Assembly: GCA_002011125.2 (NCBI GenBank)
Contig: MTMF02000009.1
Coordinates: 1,416,989 to 1,480,988 of the forward strand
Reading direction: 5' to 3'
DNA length: 64,000 nucleotides
From: Candidatus Hydrothermarchaeum profundi
Lineage (GTDB): Archaea > Hydrothermarchaeota > Hydrothermarchaeia > Hydrothermarchaeales > Hydrothermarchaeaceae
A model generated the notes under the pieces. That model worked only from the letters and a program-made list of their open reading frames with translations. It was not told the DNA's origin and did not search any database. Positions 21,396 to 31,820 of this stretch are shown here, in pieces. The position numbers and the translations under genes were made by a program. Within the stretch, counting starts at the first letter, position 1; each line of letters begins with the position of its first letter.

Positions 21396-22511
21396 ATGGC
21401 AAAAATAACTGTAAGTTTAATAAAAGCGGACGTTGGTGGATACCCAGGTCATGCCAGCGTCCATCCAGACTTAATAAAAGAAGGAGAAAAAGTTCTAAAA
21501 GAGGCGAAGAAAGAAGGCCTATTAATTGATTTTAGGGTTATGGGCGCTGGAGACGATCTCCAACTACTCATGACGCATAATAAGGGAGTTGACAGCTCAG
21601 ATATTCATGGGTTGGCATGGCAAGCGTTTGAAAAAGCAACGAAAGTAGCGAAGAATTTGAAGTTATATGGAGCTGGCCAAGATTTACTCAGTGATGCTTT
21701 TTCAGGTAATGTCAGAGGTATGGGGCCCGGAGTAGCAGAGATGGAGTTTACAGAGAGAAAAGCGGAGCCTCTCGTAGCGTTTATGATGGATAAGACGGAG
21801 CCGGGGGCTTTTAATTTACCGATTTTCAAAATTTTTGGAGACCCTTTTAACACAGCAGGTCTTGTTGTGGACCCAAGTATGCATGCAGGTTTTATTTTTG
21901 AAGTGTGGGATATTCTCGAGCATAAAAAAGTACTCATGAGCTTGCCGGAGGAATTATATGACCTACTAGCATTAATTGGAGCTAAAAGCAGGTATGTAAT
22001 AAAGAGAGTATTTCCAAAAAAGGGGGGTAAATTACCGGTAGATGAGCCCGTGGCGGTAGTGAGCACTGAGAAGCTTTATGAGATAGCTGGCGAGTATGTT
22101 GGTAAGGATGACCCTGTTGGTCTCGTTAGAGCTCAATCAGGTCTTCCAGCGCTAGGAGAAGTCTTAGAAGCATTTTCTTTTCCCCATTTGGTCAGCGGTT
22201 GGATGCGGGGATCACATAATGGGCCTCTCATGCCTGTATCGTTTAAGGATGCTAGATGCACTAGGTTTGATGGTCCACCAAGGGTCGTTGGCGCTGGATT
22301 TCAATTAAGTAACGGATTATTAGTTGGGCCAGTTGACTTATTTGATGATCCAGCATATGATATTACACGACAAAAGGCGCAAGAAATAACGGATTATATA
22401 CGGAGGCACGGACCTTTTGAGCCGCATAGATTACCATTAGAGGAAATGGAATACACTACCTTGCCAAAAGTTCTACAGAAATTAAAGGATAGATTTGAGG
22501 AAGTAGAATGA
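21396..22511 (+). CDS. fbp: Bifunctional fructose-1,6-bisphosphate aldolase/phosphatase (class V FBPase)
   Basis: SLIKADVGG.PGH, GDD, DKTEPGAFN, YVGKDDP, GWMRGSH, EMEYTT. Confidence 0.97.
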   Translation: MAKITVSLIKADVGGYPGHASVHPDLIKEGEKVLKEAKKEGLLIDFRVMGAGDDLQLLMTHNKGVDSSDIHGLAWQAFEKATKVAKNLKLYGAGQDLLSDAFSGNVRGMGPGVAEMEFTERKAEPLVAFMMDKTEPGAFNLPIFKIFGDPFNTAGLVVDPSMHAGFIFEVWDILEHKKVLMSLPEELYDLLALIGAKSRYVIKRVFPKKGGKLPVDEPVAVVSTEKLYEIAGEYVGKDDPVGLVRAQSGLPALGEVLEAFSFPHLVSGWMRGSHNGPLMPVSFKDARCTRFDGPPRVVGAGFQLSNGLLVGPVDLFDDPAYDITRQKAQEITDYIRRHGPFEPHRLPLEEMEYTTLPKVLQKLKDRFEEVE

Positions 22512-23185
22512 AGTTAAAGACTCCTTTAATAATTCTTAATGTTAAGGCATATAAAGAATCGATGGGTAAAAGAGATTTGAAGCTAGCCAAAATATGCGAG
22601 GAAGTTGCCAAAGAGACTGGTGTAAACATAGCTTATTGTCCACAGCAGGTTGATCTTGCATGGGTAGCTAATGAAGTTGAAATCCCTTGTCTAGCACAAC
22701 ATGTTGACGCATTAGACCCGGGTAGTAAGACTGGATGGACTGTTCTTGAATCCATCAAAGAAGCGGGAGCTATAGGAACTTTGGTCAATCACTCAGAGCA
22801 TAGGATGAAAATTGCTGATATAGATGTTATCGTAGAGAAATCCAAAGAATTGGGCTTATGTACTGTAATCTGTACTAATAATGTTGTTGTCAGCCGGGCT
22901 GCAGCTGTTATGAAACCATATTCAATCGCAATCGAGCCTCCAGCCCTTATCGGGTCGGGTATACCGGTATCGAAAGCAGAACCAGAAATTGTCTCGGATT
23001 CAGTGAACGCAATAAAAGAATTAAATAGGGATACAGTAGTCCTTTGCGGAGCTGGAATTTCTACTGGAGAAGATGTGAGAGAGTCGTTAAAACTAGGTGC
23101 TGAGGGAGTTCTACTAGCCAGCGGGGTAGTTAAAGCAAAAGACCCTAAGAGGACATTATTGGACTTAGCATCTGGAATTTTCTGA
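22508..23185 (+). CDS. tpiA: Triosephosphate isomerase (archaeal type)
   Basis: NVKAY, NHSEHR, IEPPALIGSG, CGAGI, LLASGVVKA. Confidence 0.96.
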   Translation: MKLKTPLIILNVKAYKESMGKRDLKLAKICEEVAKETGVNIAYCPQQVDLAWVANEVEIPCLAQHVDALDPGSKTGWTVLESIKEAGAIGTLVNHSEHRMKIADIDVIVEKSKELGLCTVICTNNVVVSRAAAVMKPYSIAIEPPALIGSGIPVSKAEPEIVSDSVNAIKELNRDTVVLCGAGISTGEDVRESLKLGAEGVLLASGVVKAKDPKRTLLDLASGIF

Positions 23186-23301
23186 CGTTACAAAAATTAT
23201 AGTATGGAGACTTACCGGGTGATTTACTTGGCATTTATTTTTAGTTTTATTGAGGAAAGAAAATGGATTTAAATCATTTAGAAGATCAGGAGGTCATTTC
23301 A

Positions 23302-24492
23302 ATGGGTAAAATTGATTTAGGTACGACTAAATATGTTATACATGCAAATATAGAAACTAATGGAATTGTTGAAAAACCTGACGTAGTTGGAGCTATATTT
23401 GGCCAAACAGAGGGGTTATTGGGTGATGATCTGGACTTAAGAGAGCTACAGAAAACTGGACGAATCGGCAGAATTGAGGTTAATATTGAGTCTAAAGGTG
23501 GCAGATCTAAAGGTACTATCAGCGTGCCTTCAAGTTTAGATAAAGTAGAAACAGCTATTTTAGCCGCAGCTTTAGAGACCATAGACCGCGTTGGACCGTG
23601 TGAAGCTAACATTACAATATCTTCTATTGAAGATGTGCGAGTTACTAAAAGAAAACGTGTGATATCAAGAGCGAAAGATATTTTAAAGACTATGGTTGAG
23701 GAAATAACGCCTGATAGCATTGAGATTACTGAAGAAGTTAAAGAGGCCTTCCGACTACAAGAGATCACAAAATATGGTAAAGAAAATCTTCCCGCAGGTC
23801 CTAATATTAAGGATTCTGATGCTATAATTATTGTAGAAGGCAGGGCAGATGTAATAAATCTTCTCAAGTATGGGATAAAGAATGCAATAGCCGTTGAAGG
23901 CACTAGTATTCCTCAGACTATTATTGACTTAAGCAAGGAGAAAACTACAACAGTTTTCACAGATGGTGATAGAGGCGGTGAACTCATTTTGAGGGAACTT
24001 TTACAAGTAGCAGATGTAGATTTTGTTGCAAGAGCTCCAGATGGTAAAGAAGTTGAAGAATTAACTAAAAAGGAGATATTTAAGGCGTTACGTAACAAGA
24101 TCCCTGCCGAGCAAGTAAAGGGGAGTCTGGCAATAACATCTGAGAACCATGCTAAACCTGCTAAAACTTCAACTCCACCACCAAAGAATGAAAAGGCAGA
24201 GAAATTTAGGAGCCTATTTTCAGATTTAACCGGTACACTGAAGGCATACCTGGTAGATGAGGATGTCAATGTTATAAAGGAGGTAGCAGTAAGAGACTTA
24301 GCCGTCGCTCTTAAAAATTCTAAAGAGAAAGTATCAGCAGTTATATTTGATGGAGTAATAACTCAGCGGCTAGTAGAGATCTCTAGTGAGAAAGGAGTCG
24401 AGTATTTAGTAGGTGCCAAGATAGGAAATATAACAAAAAAGCCTATAGGACTGAAGCTCCTTACCGCTAAGGATCTTGGTTTGCAAGCCTGA
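23302..24492 (+). CDS. dnaG: Archaeal DnaG (Toprim; exosome-associated)
   Basis: VEKPDVVGAIFGQTEGLLG, LQKTGRIGRI, VEGRADV, DGDRGG; ATG 23302 behind AGGAGG. Confidence 0.96.
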   Translation: MGKIDLGTTKYVIHANIETNGIVEKPDVVGAIFGQTEGLLGDDLDLRELQKTGRIGRIEVNIESKGGRSKGTISVPSSLDKVETAILAAALETIDRVGPCEANITISSIEDVRVTKRKRVISRAKDILKTMVEEITPDSIEITEEVKEAFRLQEITKYGKENLPAGPNIKDSDAIIIVEGRADVINLLKYGIKNAIAVEGTSIPQTIIDLSKEKTTTVFTDGDRGGELILRELLQVADVDFVARAPDGKEVEELTKKEIFKALRNKIPAEQVKGSLAITSENHAKPAKTSTPPPKNEKAEKFRSLFSDLTGTLKAYLVDEDVNVIKEVAVRDLAVALKNSKEKVSAVIFDGVITQRLVEISSEKGVEYLVGAKIGNITKKPIGLKLLTAKDLGLQA

Positions 24493-24548
24493 TGAGCTTT
24501 CCTTCTTGCTCAAAATATTTTTAAAACAGAAGGTAATATTAGTAAGTA

Positions 24549-24827
24549 ATGTATAAAGACGAACTAATTCACATACACCAGCTCCTAATATACTTGATGA
24601 AATTCCTAGTTGACAACGGGGTTTCAAAATCCTATTTCAAGGATTACCTTGACCTGAGCATCTCCCCACACCATATCCATAGAACTAAAGCAGAACATAA
24701 ATATGCCATATTTGTTTTAGCATTAGGTATCTCAAAAGTCCTGGCAGAGAATAATGAAATAATTCCTCGAAGTATTTCTAAAAAGTTAGAAGAACTAGCA
24801 GAGAGAGCTAGGACAGAGGTAAGCTAA
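24549..24827 (+). CDS. UPF0058 family protein
   Basis: MYKDELIHIHQLL, ISPHHIHRTKAEHKYAIF. Confidence 0.88.
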   Translation: MYKDELIHIHQLLIYLMKFLVDNGVSKSYFKDYLDLSISPHHIHRTKAEHKYAIFVLALGISKVLAENNEIIPRSISKKLEELAERARTEVS

Positions 24828-25261
24828 TAAAGATATTTTTTTAATATTATTGCGTCCTCACCGTCTGAGTAATAGGATGGCGCATAGCCACTTCTTTTAA
24901 AGCCTAGCTTTTTATAGAATTCGATCGCGCTTATGTTAGATACCCGTACCTCTAACCATACCTCCAGTACACCATAGCTTTTAAGCTTCTCTATTACAGT
25001 TTCCATAAGTAGTCTCCCAATCCCAAGCATTCTATATTGAGGGTCTACAGCTATGGCGAGGATATGTCCTCGAGTATCTACTCTACGGCTGATTACGTAT
25101 CCTACAACTATGCCATTCATCTCCGCAACAAGAAAGGTATCTGGATATAGTTCATATAAATTTAAGAGAAATAAGATATGGTAAGGGTCCTTGAAAGACT
25201 TGCATTCAATATCATACACCCTGCCTAGATCCGTGGGCGAAAATCTTCTGATCCTTATCAT
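24824..25261 (-). CDS. rimI: RimI/Ard1-type N-terminal acetyltransferase (GNAT)
   Basis: GHILAIAVDPQYRMLGIG, LEVRVSN, YYSDGEDA. Confidence 0.92.
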   Translation of the reverse strand: MIRIRRFSPTDLGRVYDIECKSFKDPYHILFLLNLYELYPDTFLVAEMNGIVVGYVISRRVDTRGHILAIAVDPQYRMLGIGRLLMETVIEKLKSYGVLEVWLEVRVSNISAIEFYKKLGFKRSGYAPSYYSDGEDAIILKKYLY

Positions 25262-25773
25262 AGTCTCCTCTTACAATTTTCGCAGAAATTTTTGGTTTTA
25301 TAATCCACGTCTTTAATGCTATTTGAAAACACCATAACACATTTCTTATCTCCACAGTGGCGTAACCCTAAGCAATGGCCAAGTTCATGGACTGCTTCTT
25401 TTATTGCTCTTTCCAAGAATAAAGCATTATTAGAGGCACCGTATAGGGAGGGGTTTAATCTATATAGGGATATTAGACAGATTTTTCCATTAACATGAGC
25501 TTGACCGAAAATAAAGTTTAAGGCGCCTGTGAACAAGTCCCGTTTAGTAATTCCTAAAATTATATCTGACTTTGAGTTTAGGGAGTACTCATGAAGAGCT
25601 TGAAGGAAATATTTGGAGTCATATTGATTTCGCGAATTATTAAAGGCTTCAATAGGGACTTCTAAAATAGTCTTTGATACATTACAGGGGATATCCAAGA
25701 TTTCTTCAATACCCTTAGAAATCTCGTGCAAAAATGTCGCCTTGATATAGTCAAATGCCACTATCTCTATCAT
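25258..25773 (-). CDS. Archaemetzincin (M54 Zn metalloprotease)
   Basis: LNFIFGQA, KEAVHELGHCLGLRHC...CVMVFSNS...FCENC. Confidence 0.93.
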   Translation of the reverse strand: MIEIVAFDYIKATFLHEISKGIEEILDIPCNVSKTILEVPIEAFNNSRNQYDSKYFLQALHEYSLNSKSDIILGITKRDLFTGALNFIFGQAHVNGKICLISLYRLNPSLYGASNNALFLERAIKEAVHELGHCLGLRHCGDKKCVMVFSNSIKDVDYKTKNFCENCKRRL

Positions 25774-25812
25774 AGGAAAAAAGTATAATCCTATGTTTAT
25801 AATATTTGTCTG

Positions 25813-26154
25813 TTATTTTTTAAAAGCAAACGAAGGCAGCCATAATTTTGGCTTCTTTTTTGGATGCTCGATTTTTAGGTCTCTCAAATCTACATGGTTA
25901 TTTAAGAAATCAAAACCCAAAGGGGTGATAGTATATTTTTTAATATTTTTTCTTGAAGATTTAATAAATTTAGCTTTTTCTAATATTTTGAAGGCATTAT
26001 AAGCTTCTTTCGGATTCGCGACATATTTTCTTTTAAGAAACTCATATGGCCCGGTTTCTCCTCTTTGCGCAATTAGTATGAGAGCGCGCATTGCATTTTT
26101 TGTTAGTCTTATTTCTTCAAAGTCTTTTAATAGGTCTTTCATTCTTCTAAGCAT
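25813..26154 (-). CDS. Hypothetical basic protein, possible winged-helix
   Basis: Overlaps aroC end; [15 protein letters not shown] resembles a wHTH wing. Confidence 0.5.
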   Translation of the reverse strand: MLRRMKDLLKDFEEIRLTKNAMRALILIAQRGETGPYEFLKRKYVANPKEAYNAFKILEKAKFIKSSRKNIKKYTITPLGFDFLNNHVDLRDLKIEHPKKKPKLWLPSFAFKK

Positions 26155-27230
26155 CCTAAATATCCTGACCTAATAGCATGATCAGTTAAGACTATGGCAA
26201 GCATAGCTTCACATACAGGCAGGACCCTAGGGACTATACAAGGATCATGACGTCCTTTGATTTCTATGGTTGTATTTTCCATTTTCTCTAAATCCACAGT
26301 CTCCTGTCTTTTTGCTATTGAGGAAGTTGGTTTTACGGCTACTCTGCATATTATAGGCATACCATTCGATATTCCTGCTTGTATCCCACCTGAATTATTT
26401 GTCTTTGTTCTAACCTTTCCATTTTTGATATAGAAGGGGTCATTGTTTTCAGAGCCTTTTTTAAAAGCTACTTTAAAGCCGGCTCCAATTTCAACGCCTT
26501 TTACTGCTCCCACGGACATAAGTGCTTTAGCTATATCTGCATCGAGTTTATCAAATACCGGCTCTCCAAGCCCCGGTGGAACATTCAAGGCTATTAGTTC
26601 TATAATACCCCCAACAGAATCTCCTTCTTGTTTCGCCTTAATTATTTCCGCTTCCATTTTCTTGGCAATTTCTAAATTTGCGCAACGGAGTGGGTTTTTT
26701 GTAGCATTTTCTATGATATCACTCACAGAAACTTCTCCTACTTCGACTCCGTGAATGTTTACTGTGTGACTTAAGATTTCTATCCCTATACTCGCAAGCA
26801 ATTTCTTCGCTATAGCTCCGGCAGCTACTCTTCCAACGGTCTCTCTGCCAGAGTATCTTCCTCCTCCTCTCCAATCTCTATGTATATACTTTACTGCGTA
26901 GGTATAATCACCATGACTTGGTCTTGGTTTGTTTTTAATTTCTAAGTAGGGAGTAGAATCAACATCTTTATTTTCTACTATCATGGCAATGGGCATTCCA
27001 GTAGTTCTCCCTTCAATAATTCCGGAAAGGATTCTAACTTTATCCTCCTCAGATCTAGTAGTAGTAAGTTGGCCTTGCCCAGGGCGTCTTCTATCTAATT
27101 CCTTCTGTATATCTGTTTCAGATAATTCTAATCCTGGAGGGCACCCATCTACTACCACCCCCACGGCTAAACCATGCGACTCGCCGAACGTAGTTATTCT
27201 GAAAATCTCTCCAAAAGTATTTCCGGGCAT
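26139..27230 (-). CDS. aroC: Chorismate synthase
   Basis: [42 protein letters not shown]. Confidence 0.97.
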   Translation of the reverse strand: MPGNTFGEIFRITTFGESHGLAVGVVVDGCPPGLELSETDIQKELDRRRPGQGQLTTTRSEEDKVRILSGIIEGRTTGMPIAMIVENKDVDSTPYLEIKNKPRPSHGDYTYAVKYIHRDWRGGGRYSGRETVGRVAAGAIAKKLLASIGIEILSHTVNIHGVEVGEVSVSDIIENATKNPLRCANLEIAKKMEAEIIKAKQEGDSVGGIIELIALNVPPGLGEPVFDKLDADIAKALMSVGAVKGVEIGAGFKVAFKKGSENNDPFYIKNGKVRTKTNNSGGIQAGISNGMPIICRVAVKPTSSIAKRQETVDLEKMENTTIEIKGRHDPCIVPRVLPVCEAMLAIVLTDHAIRSGYLGCLEE

Positions 27231-27277
27231 ATGAAAAAAATAGCTTAATATTAGTATAAAACTATTGTTGTGATTGA

Positions 27278-27934
27278 ATGGAGTTATTTAATCTGAAGAT
27301 TATAGTCGGTTTGATAGTACTAGTCTATTCATCATATCTGGATTTGAAATACAGAAAGATTGATGATAAAGCTTGGATTTCTTTGATATTACTTGGTGTC
27401 TCCTTTTTCATTTTTGAGTATATGCAACAAGTGATGGCTATAAAAGATTTTGTGATATCTATTACTATTACTGCAATTTTATCGCTAGCACTATATTATC
27501 TCGGAATACTTGGTGGGGGGGACGTTAAAATATTAATAGGTATTTCGGCTTTAATACCAAGACAATTTCAGTTCTCAATTTTTCCCTATTTTTCGTTAAC
27601 GGTTTTCGCTAATGCGGTTGTTATTTCTTCACTTCTCCCTCTCCTATTTTTTGCGTATAACATTAGAGAAATTAAAAGGGTGAGAAATGTTAAAGATTTT
27701 CTTGTACTTTTTTTAGGTTATAAAAAAGACGGAAGTAAAGTTGGAAAGCATGAAACGATAATCGCAAAAAATGGGAAATATAATTTCCTACTTCGAGGGA
27801 AAAATATTAAGTTAGGTGAAAAGGCTGAAGGGGAAGTATGGGTTTCTCCAGCTATACCTTTTATAATTCCTATCACAATAGGGTTCGTGATCGCATCTGT
27901 AGGAGGAGATATATTAAGCCATTTAATGAGTTAA
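27278..27934 (+). CDS. A24 prepilin/prearchaellin peptidase (FlaK/PibD family)
   Basis: [10 protein letters not shown] (first Asp), GGGDVK (second Asp), C-terminal [12 protein letters not shown]. Confidence 0.9.
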   Translation: MELFNLKIIVGLIVLVYSSYLDLKYRKIDDKAWISLILLGVSFFIFEYMQQVMAIKDFVISITITAILSLALYYLGILGGGDVKILIGISALIPRQFQFSIFPYFSLTVFANAVVISSLLPLLFFAYNIREIKRVRNVKDFLVLFLGYKKDGSKVGKHETIIAKNGKYNFLLRGKNIKLGEKAEGEVWVSPAIPFIIPITIGFVIASVGGDILSHLMS

Positions 27935-27945
27935 GGAGGTAGAGT

Positions 27946-28704
27946 ATGAAACAAGAGGCGTATATTTTACTCATTCTAGTAGCTATTACTTTCGTTGAGT
28001 ATGTATTTGTATATGTAAATCCAGGACATGGCATAGTTTTAGCGTTGCTTCTAACGATAGTAATCTACATCTCAGTTTCTATACCAAAGGAGGAAACCCC
28101 TCTAACTAGAGCGGCCGAGTCACTTGCATTAATACCCTTGTATGTGTTATTTACTGCTTCACTGCCATGGTTTTTCATAAAACAGAGTTATTTATTGCCT
28201 GCCGTGTATAGCATTATCATGGCATTATGCCTCTGGCATATATATGAGAAAAAGATTGACGCAGCACGTTTGGGTTTAATAAAAAAAAGATTCTGGACAT
28301 TTGTATTAGGAGGTGCTATCGTTGGCTGTATTACGGGGTCAATTGAATACATCATCCTCAAACCTGAAGCGCCCTTACCCCAATTTGAGTTTATTTACCT
28401 CTTGCGTGATTGGATCTACATGACTTTTTTTGTAGGTTTGGGTGAGGAGGTACTGTTTAGGGGAATAATCCAAACAGACCTTCAAGACTTACTTGGCAAT
28501 CAGAAAGGGTTACTTTTAGCGGCAGTCCTTTTTGGGATCATGCATTTAACTTGGAGATCAGTACCCGAATTGTTGTTTGCTGCTTTTTCTGGTTACCTCT
28601 TAGGTTACATATTTTATAGAACAAAGAGTTTAATCATGCCGATCTCGCTTCACGGAGTAAATAATACCATACTTGTAAGTATCTTACCTTATCTCGTGAG
28701 GTAA
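27946..28704 (+). CDS. CPBP (type II CAAX/Abi) intramembrane protease
   Basis: GEEVLFRG, LFGIMH, SLHGVNN motifs; multi-TM. Confidence 0.92.
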   Translation: MKQEAYILLILVAITFVEYVFVYVNPGHGIVLALLLTIVIYISVSIPKEETPLTRAAESLALIPLYVLFTASLPWFFIKQSYLLPAVYSIIMALCLWHIYEKKIDAARLGLIKKRFWTFVLGGAIVGCITGSIEYIILKPEAPLPQFEFIYLLRDWIYMTFFVGLGEEVLFRGIIQTDLQDLLGNQKGLLLAAVLFGIMHLTWRSVPELLFAAFSGYLLGYIFYRTKSLIMPISLHGVNNTILVSILPYLVR

Positions 28705-28707
28705 AAG

Positions 28708-29496
28708 ATGGCTGTAGGATTAAGAATAGACGTTGACAGTATAGCGGATGCTAGGAGTCTACCGTTAGTTACACAAATCCTAGAAGAAATAGGCCTTAAG
28801 GCAACTTTTTTCATCTCTGTGGGTCCTGATAAATCTGGAAGAAACCTGCCTAAATATATGTGGAAACCATTAAAAGAAAAATCGTTAGCAGTCAAGAGAT
28901 ATGGTATTAGAAATCTTTTACTAGGGCTTACTCCTCTTCCTCCAAGGATAGAGGATATAAATATGAAATTTATAATAAAAAAAGGCCATGAAGTTGGGCT
29001 CCATGGTTATGATCATTACGAGTGGATCAAAAGACTGCAATATATGGATTGGAAAGAGATTAAATTAAGGATTAATAAAGGGATAGATATTTTTAGAAAA
29101 ATGTTTGGATTCTCTCCACGGAGCTTTGCATCTCCCGGCTTCTATATTACCGAGGAGTATTTTAAGGCTCTTGAGGTTTTTAGATTTAACTATGCAAGCG
29201 ATGTGATCGGTGCTAACCCTCATTATCCTATGCTTAGCGATAGGAAATTTAGAACCTTACAATTGCCGGTAACCATTAAATCTATTTTCGAGTTAAGACA
29301 GTGCGGAAAATCTGATAAAGAAATACTCAGAATGTTTAAAGAAAAAAAAGATAATTATGCTACATTTTATTTTCATCCTTCTTATGAGGCTTTATTTGAA
29401 AGAGATATCTTAAATAAAATCTTAGAATTAGACTTAGACTTTATAACCTTGGGGGAGATTGCGAGGGATTGGATTGAAGATTCTCCAAATATATGA
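28708..29496 (+). CDS. Polysaccharide deacetylase family, ArnD-like
   Basis: VGLRIDVD, FFISVGPD.SGR, HEVGLHGYDH, FASPG. Confidence 0.85.
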   Translation: MAVGLRIDVDSIADARSLPLVTQILEEIGLKATFFISVGPDKSGRNLPKYMWKPLKEKSLAVKRYGIRNLLLGLTPLPPRIEDINMKFIIKKGHEVGLHGYDHYEWIKRLQYMDWKEIKLRINKGIDIFRKMFGFSPRSFASPGFYITEEYFKALEVFRFNYASDVIGANPHYPMLSDRKFRTLQLPVTIKSIFELRQCGKSDKEILRMFKEKKDNYATFYFHPSYEALFERDILNKILELDLDFITLGEIARDWIEDSPNI

Positions 29497-30622
29497 ATTA
29501 GCTCCAACAGGAATAAAAGCCTTCAATGGCATAGATGTATCTATTCTTGAGATCTCTAGAGAACTAGCCAAGCTTGGCCATGATGTAACAATTTTAACAG
29601 GCAGGAGCGGCAATAATGATATAGACTCTTGTGGAGACGTAAATATTGTTCAAGTGGAATTCTTCAACCTCATGAAAAAGACATGGGATCCAGTCAATTT
29701 AAGGCTTTCACGGCAATTAATTTTCCCTCTAGCCGTATTAGGCAAGAAATTTAGAGATTTTGACATATACCATGGACATATATATGCTTCTGGATTAATT
29801 GCTTTATATTTCGGGAAAATAAATAATGGAAAAGTAGTAAATACTATCCATGGCTCGTATTATCCAATCTGGCACTTGCTAGCTTCCCCGTGGGAGTCAT
29901 TTTTTTATAAAAAGTGTGAGCGGATTTTAGCTCCATTTCTAGCGAAACATGTTGACCTGCAAATTCATACAGGCGAATATTTCGCTAAAAAAGTGATAGA
30001 GTGGGGTGCGCCTCCTAGTAAAGTTAAAATAATTAGGAATGGTGTAAATATTAATGAATTCAACAAAAAAGATTCTAAGAAGGATAAATCGATTATTTTT
30101 ACGGCAAGACGACTTGTTAAAAAAAATGGTGTAGAATACCTTTTAAAAGCTATGAAAAAGATATCAGAGAAAGTAGACTGTGAATTGTGGATTGCTGGGG
30201 ATGGGCCTGAGAGGTCATCCTTAGAGAAACTTACAGAAAGACTTGAATTAAAAAATAAAGTAGTATTTTTAGGTCTTGTGCCACATGATAAAATTCCAGA
30301 ACTTTTAGCGCAAGCTGAAATCGCAGTATTACCGAGTCTAATCGAAGCATCTAGTTTGTTTTTATTAGAAGCCATGGGGATGGGAAAGCCTATAGTAGCT
30401 ACAAATGTTGGTGATAATCAAAAGATTCTTGACGGAAGCGCAATTCTAGTGAATCCCTGCGATATCGATAGTATGGCAGAAGGTATACTAGGTATTCTAG
30501 CCGATGATAAGAGGAAGAATGAAATGAGAAAAAAAGTTTTAGAAAAAGTTAGAGGGTATACATGGGAAAAAGTCGCAAGAATGATAGAGGAGGAATATCT
30601 ACGAATAAGCAGATTAAATTAG
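29474..30622 (+). CDS. GT4 glycosyltransferase
   Basis: RLVKKNG, GDGPE, LPSLIEASSLFLLEAM; TTG start. Confidence 0.92.
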   Translation: MKILQIYELAPTGIKAFNGIDVSILEISRELAKLGHDVTILTGRSGNNDIDSCGDVNIVQVEFFNLMKKTWDPVNLRLSRQLIFPLAVLGKKFRDFDIYHGHIYASGLIALYFGKINNGKVVNTIHGSYYPIWHLLASPWESFFYKKCERILAPFLAKHVDLQIHTGEYFAKKVIEWGAPPSKVKIIRNGVNINEFNKKDSKKDKSIIFTARRLVKKNGVEYLLKAMKKISEKVDCELWIAGDGPERSSLEKLTERLELKNKVVFLGLVPHDKIPELLAQAEIAVLPSLIEASSLFLLEAMGMGKPIVATNVGDNQKILDGSAILVNPCDIDSMAEGILGILADDKRKNEMRKKVLEKVRGYTWEKVARMIEEEYLRISRLN

Positions 30623-31452
30623 TAATGTGGGTAGGGTCGTCTGCGGTTATTTCATTGTTCTTTGTAGATGTATTTTTGAGCGCTCCTACGATATTTTCTG
30701 TAAGTTATCTACAATCAAATGGCGTATACTCTTGGCTAATATTTCTCCTATGTATATTTTGGATTTTTCTTAAAAAAGATGAGATAATAAAAAAAATAAA
30801 GTGGGATCGACTTATTCCTTCAATCCCCTTCTTTGTTTTAGGAGTTATAATTCTTGCAGTATCCTTAGGTGTAAGCGAATTTATAAGCACCTTTTCTTTT
30901 AAGGTACTCGCATTAATACTATCATATACAGCAATATTTGCGATATTCTTTGGCTCAGCGGCAATAGTACCATTAGCATTGATAGTGATCTATGGTTTTT
31001 CTATGTCTTTCCCATTTCTTATATCCTTTTTCTTAGAAAAATATTATACCTCTTTATCGATCTGGTTAACGGCTAGCATATTCAAAATTTTCGGAATATT
31101 GCCTTTGGTAAGCGGCCAGAACTTCGAGTATTTTTCAGTTTCAGGAGATAAAATCTCTGTGCTAATAGATTCTAGATGCTCTGGGACAGCTTCGCTAAGT
31201 GTTTTTATGGCTTTATTTTTTTTAATGGTATTAGATATACGCCTTCCAACTAGAAAAGCCGTACGTCTATTTCTATTTGGGATTACCGGCACCTTTATGC
31301 AGAATATTTTAAGATTGCTTGTCGTCCTGTTTGCGGGATATTTATATGGATATAAAGCTCTATTGTCGGCCCATACATATGCAGGCTATATTATTTTTGC
31401 TGTTTGGTTCTCTACTTTTACTGTGATATACTTAAGAGAGGCGAAAACGTGA
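30562..31452 (+). CDS. Exosortase/archaeosortase family protein
   Basis: Multi-TM protein with Cys-Arg-His triad: IDSRCSG, QNILRL, AHTYAG. Confidence 0.88.
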   Translation: MGKSRKNDRGGISTNKQIKLVMWVGSSAVISLFFVDVFLSAPTIFSVSYLQSNGVYSWLIFLLCIFWIFLKKDEIIKKIKWDRLIPSIPFFVLGVIILAVSLGVSEFISTFSFKVLALILSYTAIFAIFFGSAAIVPLALIVIYGFSMSFPFLISFFLEKYYTSLSIWLTASIFKIFGILPLVSGQNFEYFSVSGDKISVLIDSRCSGTASLSVFMALFFLMVLDIRLPTRKAVRLFLFGITGTFMQNILRLLVVLFAGYLYGYKALLSAHTYAGYIIFAVWFSTFTVIYLREAKT

Positions 31453-31817
31453 ATAGAGATATAATAAGGATATATGCCATGGTAGGACTTCTTTTACTCT
31501 CGTACTATGTACTTCAGGACCCAATATTTAGGGAGTTTGATGTATCTGAGTATGAGGGAGAAGAGAAGGCCTTCTATTTCACGAAGATAATTGATTCTGG
31601 GAGTTCCTATACTGCTGAGATTGGATTTTCAAAGAATAACATCTCTGTAATTTCTGATGCAAAATTAAGTATTGGAGAAGTGGTAAGCTTTTATGGTGTT
31701 ATAAATAATGGCAGGTTATATGTTGAAAAATACAAGGTGCACGAGCATCCCTATATGGTGTACTATCTCTCAATAGTGGGATTATTTTTGTTCATAATAC
31801 TTATTTCTAGGAGGTAA
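31449..31817 (+). CDS. Hypothetical membrane-anchored protein (N- and C-terminal TM, beta-rich middle)
   Basis: GTG start overlapping the archaeosortase stop; ends ..HPYMVYYLSIVGLFLFIILISRR*. Confidence 0.75.
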   Translation: MNRDIIRIYAMVGLLLLSYYVLQDPIFREFDVSEYEGEEKAFYFTKIIDSGSSYTAEIGFSKNNISVISDAKLSIGEVVSFYGVINNGRLYVEKYKVHEHPYMVYYLSIVGLFLFIILISRR

Positions 31818-31820
31818 TAG

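Noticed and set aside
21605-24269. Long antisense ORFs (21605-22066, 23286-23903, 23913-24269) and similar shadows elsewhere
   Set aside because: They lie opposite well-conserved genes, are Ser/Ile/Pro-rich and lack family motifs; typical antisense shadows
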